A stretch of DNA of 64,000 nucleotides from the NCBI RefSeq assembly GCF_902713615.1, contig NC_052159.1, positions 128,980,432 through 129,044,431 on the forward strand. Direction: 5' to 3'. The notes below the pieces were generated by a model, which was given only the letters and a program-made list of their open reading frames with translations, was not told where the DNA came from and made no database searches. Within the stretch, counting starts at the first letter, position 1, and each line of letters opens with the position of its first letter. Positions 62,503-64,000 of this stretch are shown piece by piece. The translations under genes were made by a program, and so were the position numbers. The stretch comes from Scyliorhinus canicula. Taxonomy: Eukaryota.

Positions 62503-64000
62503 TGTGGTAGTTGATGCGACCACCAATTCACACGAGATGCAGAGTTGAAGTGAACAGTGGTTTTAATCAGCTAGAACTGTGCCTGCCTGTGACTGCTCTG
62601 CACTGAGAGCTGCCTGCAGGGCAGCAGCTCTATATACCTCCCCCGAGGGGGCAGAGCCATAGGCGGAGGCTGTGATGATATGCATCACTGTAAATACACA
62701 AGGGGTTAATGTAAATACACATAGACTAGTTCGACACTAGAGGGAGCACCAGAGACATGACACACAGACATTCAACCAATAGGTCAGTAAGATAGGACAC
62801 GACCAATGGGCACTCACGATACACAGAGGTGACGCTACCACAGGGGGGCATTACACCAACCAATATAAATGGACACAGCACACATGATCTTCCTCTTTCC
62901 AGTGGAAACACTCAGTGAGCACAGACACAGGGTTGATTCAACATCACACCCACCACTTGGATTGTAGCAGACTGGTTCGTCAGTCTGAGTAGCTATTGAA
63001 GGATTAAGAGTAGAGTCAAATCCAAGTAGGAGATTTGTTAACAGTTTAAATAAACGTGTTGAAGCTATCTCAAAGTCAGAACCTTCCTTTGTCAGAGTGC
63101 ACATCAAGGAAGCAGCTTATGCTACGACAAGAGCATAACAAGAAAGAGCCCACAAGGGCATCAACATAATACAATGTAATGTAATGTAATACACTGGTGA
63201 ATGGTAGTGATAATACATTCACCACATTCACTCCCTGTTAAAAATTGAAGTCCAGCGGGGGTGAAGTAGGCTCACAAATTGAGTATGTCCGGCGCCTTGA
63301 TTGTTTGCTGCGATCGCCTGAGCTCTGGTTTTGCTGCGGGCACGGGTGTTGAACTCGTCGCTGCGGGAACGGGCGTTGAATCTGGGAGCGTGTCTTCTGG
63401 AGCCTCATCCATGTAGGTCCCTGATGGGAGGAGGGGGTGTAGGAGAGGGGTGTAGGCCATGTAGGGGCGGGGGCAGTGTTCGGTGTAGGGTGGTAGGGGT
63501 AGGTGATAGTTGTAGGGGAACCGGCGGGTGCCAGGTCTCGGAGGGAGACTATATCTTGTCAGCCATCGTGGTGCACCATGTAGGCATACTGGGGGTTGGC
63601 GTGAAGGAGCTGGACCCTCTCGACCAGGGGATCGGACTTATGGCTCCTCACATGTTTTCGGAGGAGGACATGCCCCGGTGTCGTCAACCAGGACGGAAGC
63701 GAGACCCCGGAGGTGGATTTCCGGGGGAAAACAAATAGGCGGTTATGAAGGGTCTTGTTCGTCGGCGAGGACCTCCTGCCAGCGGGAAACTGGGAGACTC
63801 CTAGACCATAGGGCCAGAACGAGGGCCTTCCAATACCATCGCGTTCTCCCTCTCCAACTGTCCATTTCCCCGGGGGTTGTAACTAGTAGTCCTGCTCGAA
63901 GCAATGCCCTTACTGAGCAGGTACTGATGCAGCTTGTCGGTCATAAACTAGGAGCCCCGGTCACTGTGGACATAAGTGGAGAAACCAAACAGGGTGAAGA
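62503..64000 (-). mobile_element. Gypsy element 3' end: integrase remnant plus 3' LTR (~62503-63225)
   Basis: FG...YVHSDRGS*F...TTSYNPRGNGQLEREN at ~63840-64000; purine-rich tract next to the LTR start. Confidence 0.8.
62671..63140 (+). mobile_element. Solo LTR nested in the Gypsy 3' LTR
   Basis: TG...CA, CCAAT, TATAAA, AATAAA; first ~85 bp similar to the LTRs of 27180-30956. Confidence 0.75.

Overview
This is vertebrate DNA, almost certainly from an elasmobranch (shark): it is dense in HE1-type tRNA/V-domain SINEs, CR1/HER1, Rex1/Babar, L1, Penelope and Harbinger debris, and I can support no host gene. The main feature is a very young full-length retrovirus-like provirus (2271-12140, + strand, ACTG target duplication, LTRs identical except one indel by eye). 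Gag has a coiled coil and a CCHC knuckle and is joined to pol in one frame through UGA-CGG followed by a stem-loop. Pol has a WDTG protease, YVDD RT, a degenerate tether RNase H plus a second intact RNase H (retroviral architecture), and an integrase with one nonsense codon. There is no env. In the env position is an intact, apparently spliced ORF for a 117-aa single-pass membrane protein with a Cys loop, TM helix and polybasic patch, resembling FAST-type cell-cell fusogens; this is the best candidate for an undescribed system. The U5/PBS of the 5' LTR is inverted-duplicated into a 165-bp-arm palindrome, and a related solo LTR lies at 48127-49106. Other items: a Penelope palindrome with a minimal hammerhead ribozyme motif, nested L1-in-Rex1 and LTR-in-SINE insertions, LTRs with CTCF-like motifs, and several inverted duplications. 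Boundaries of old repeats are approximate, and family assignments come from motif recognition, not database searches.
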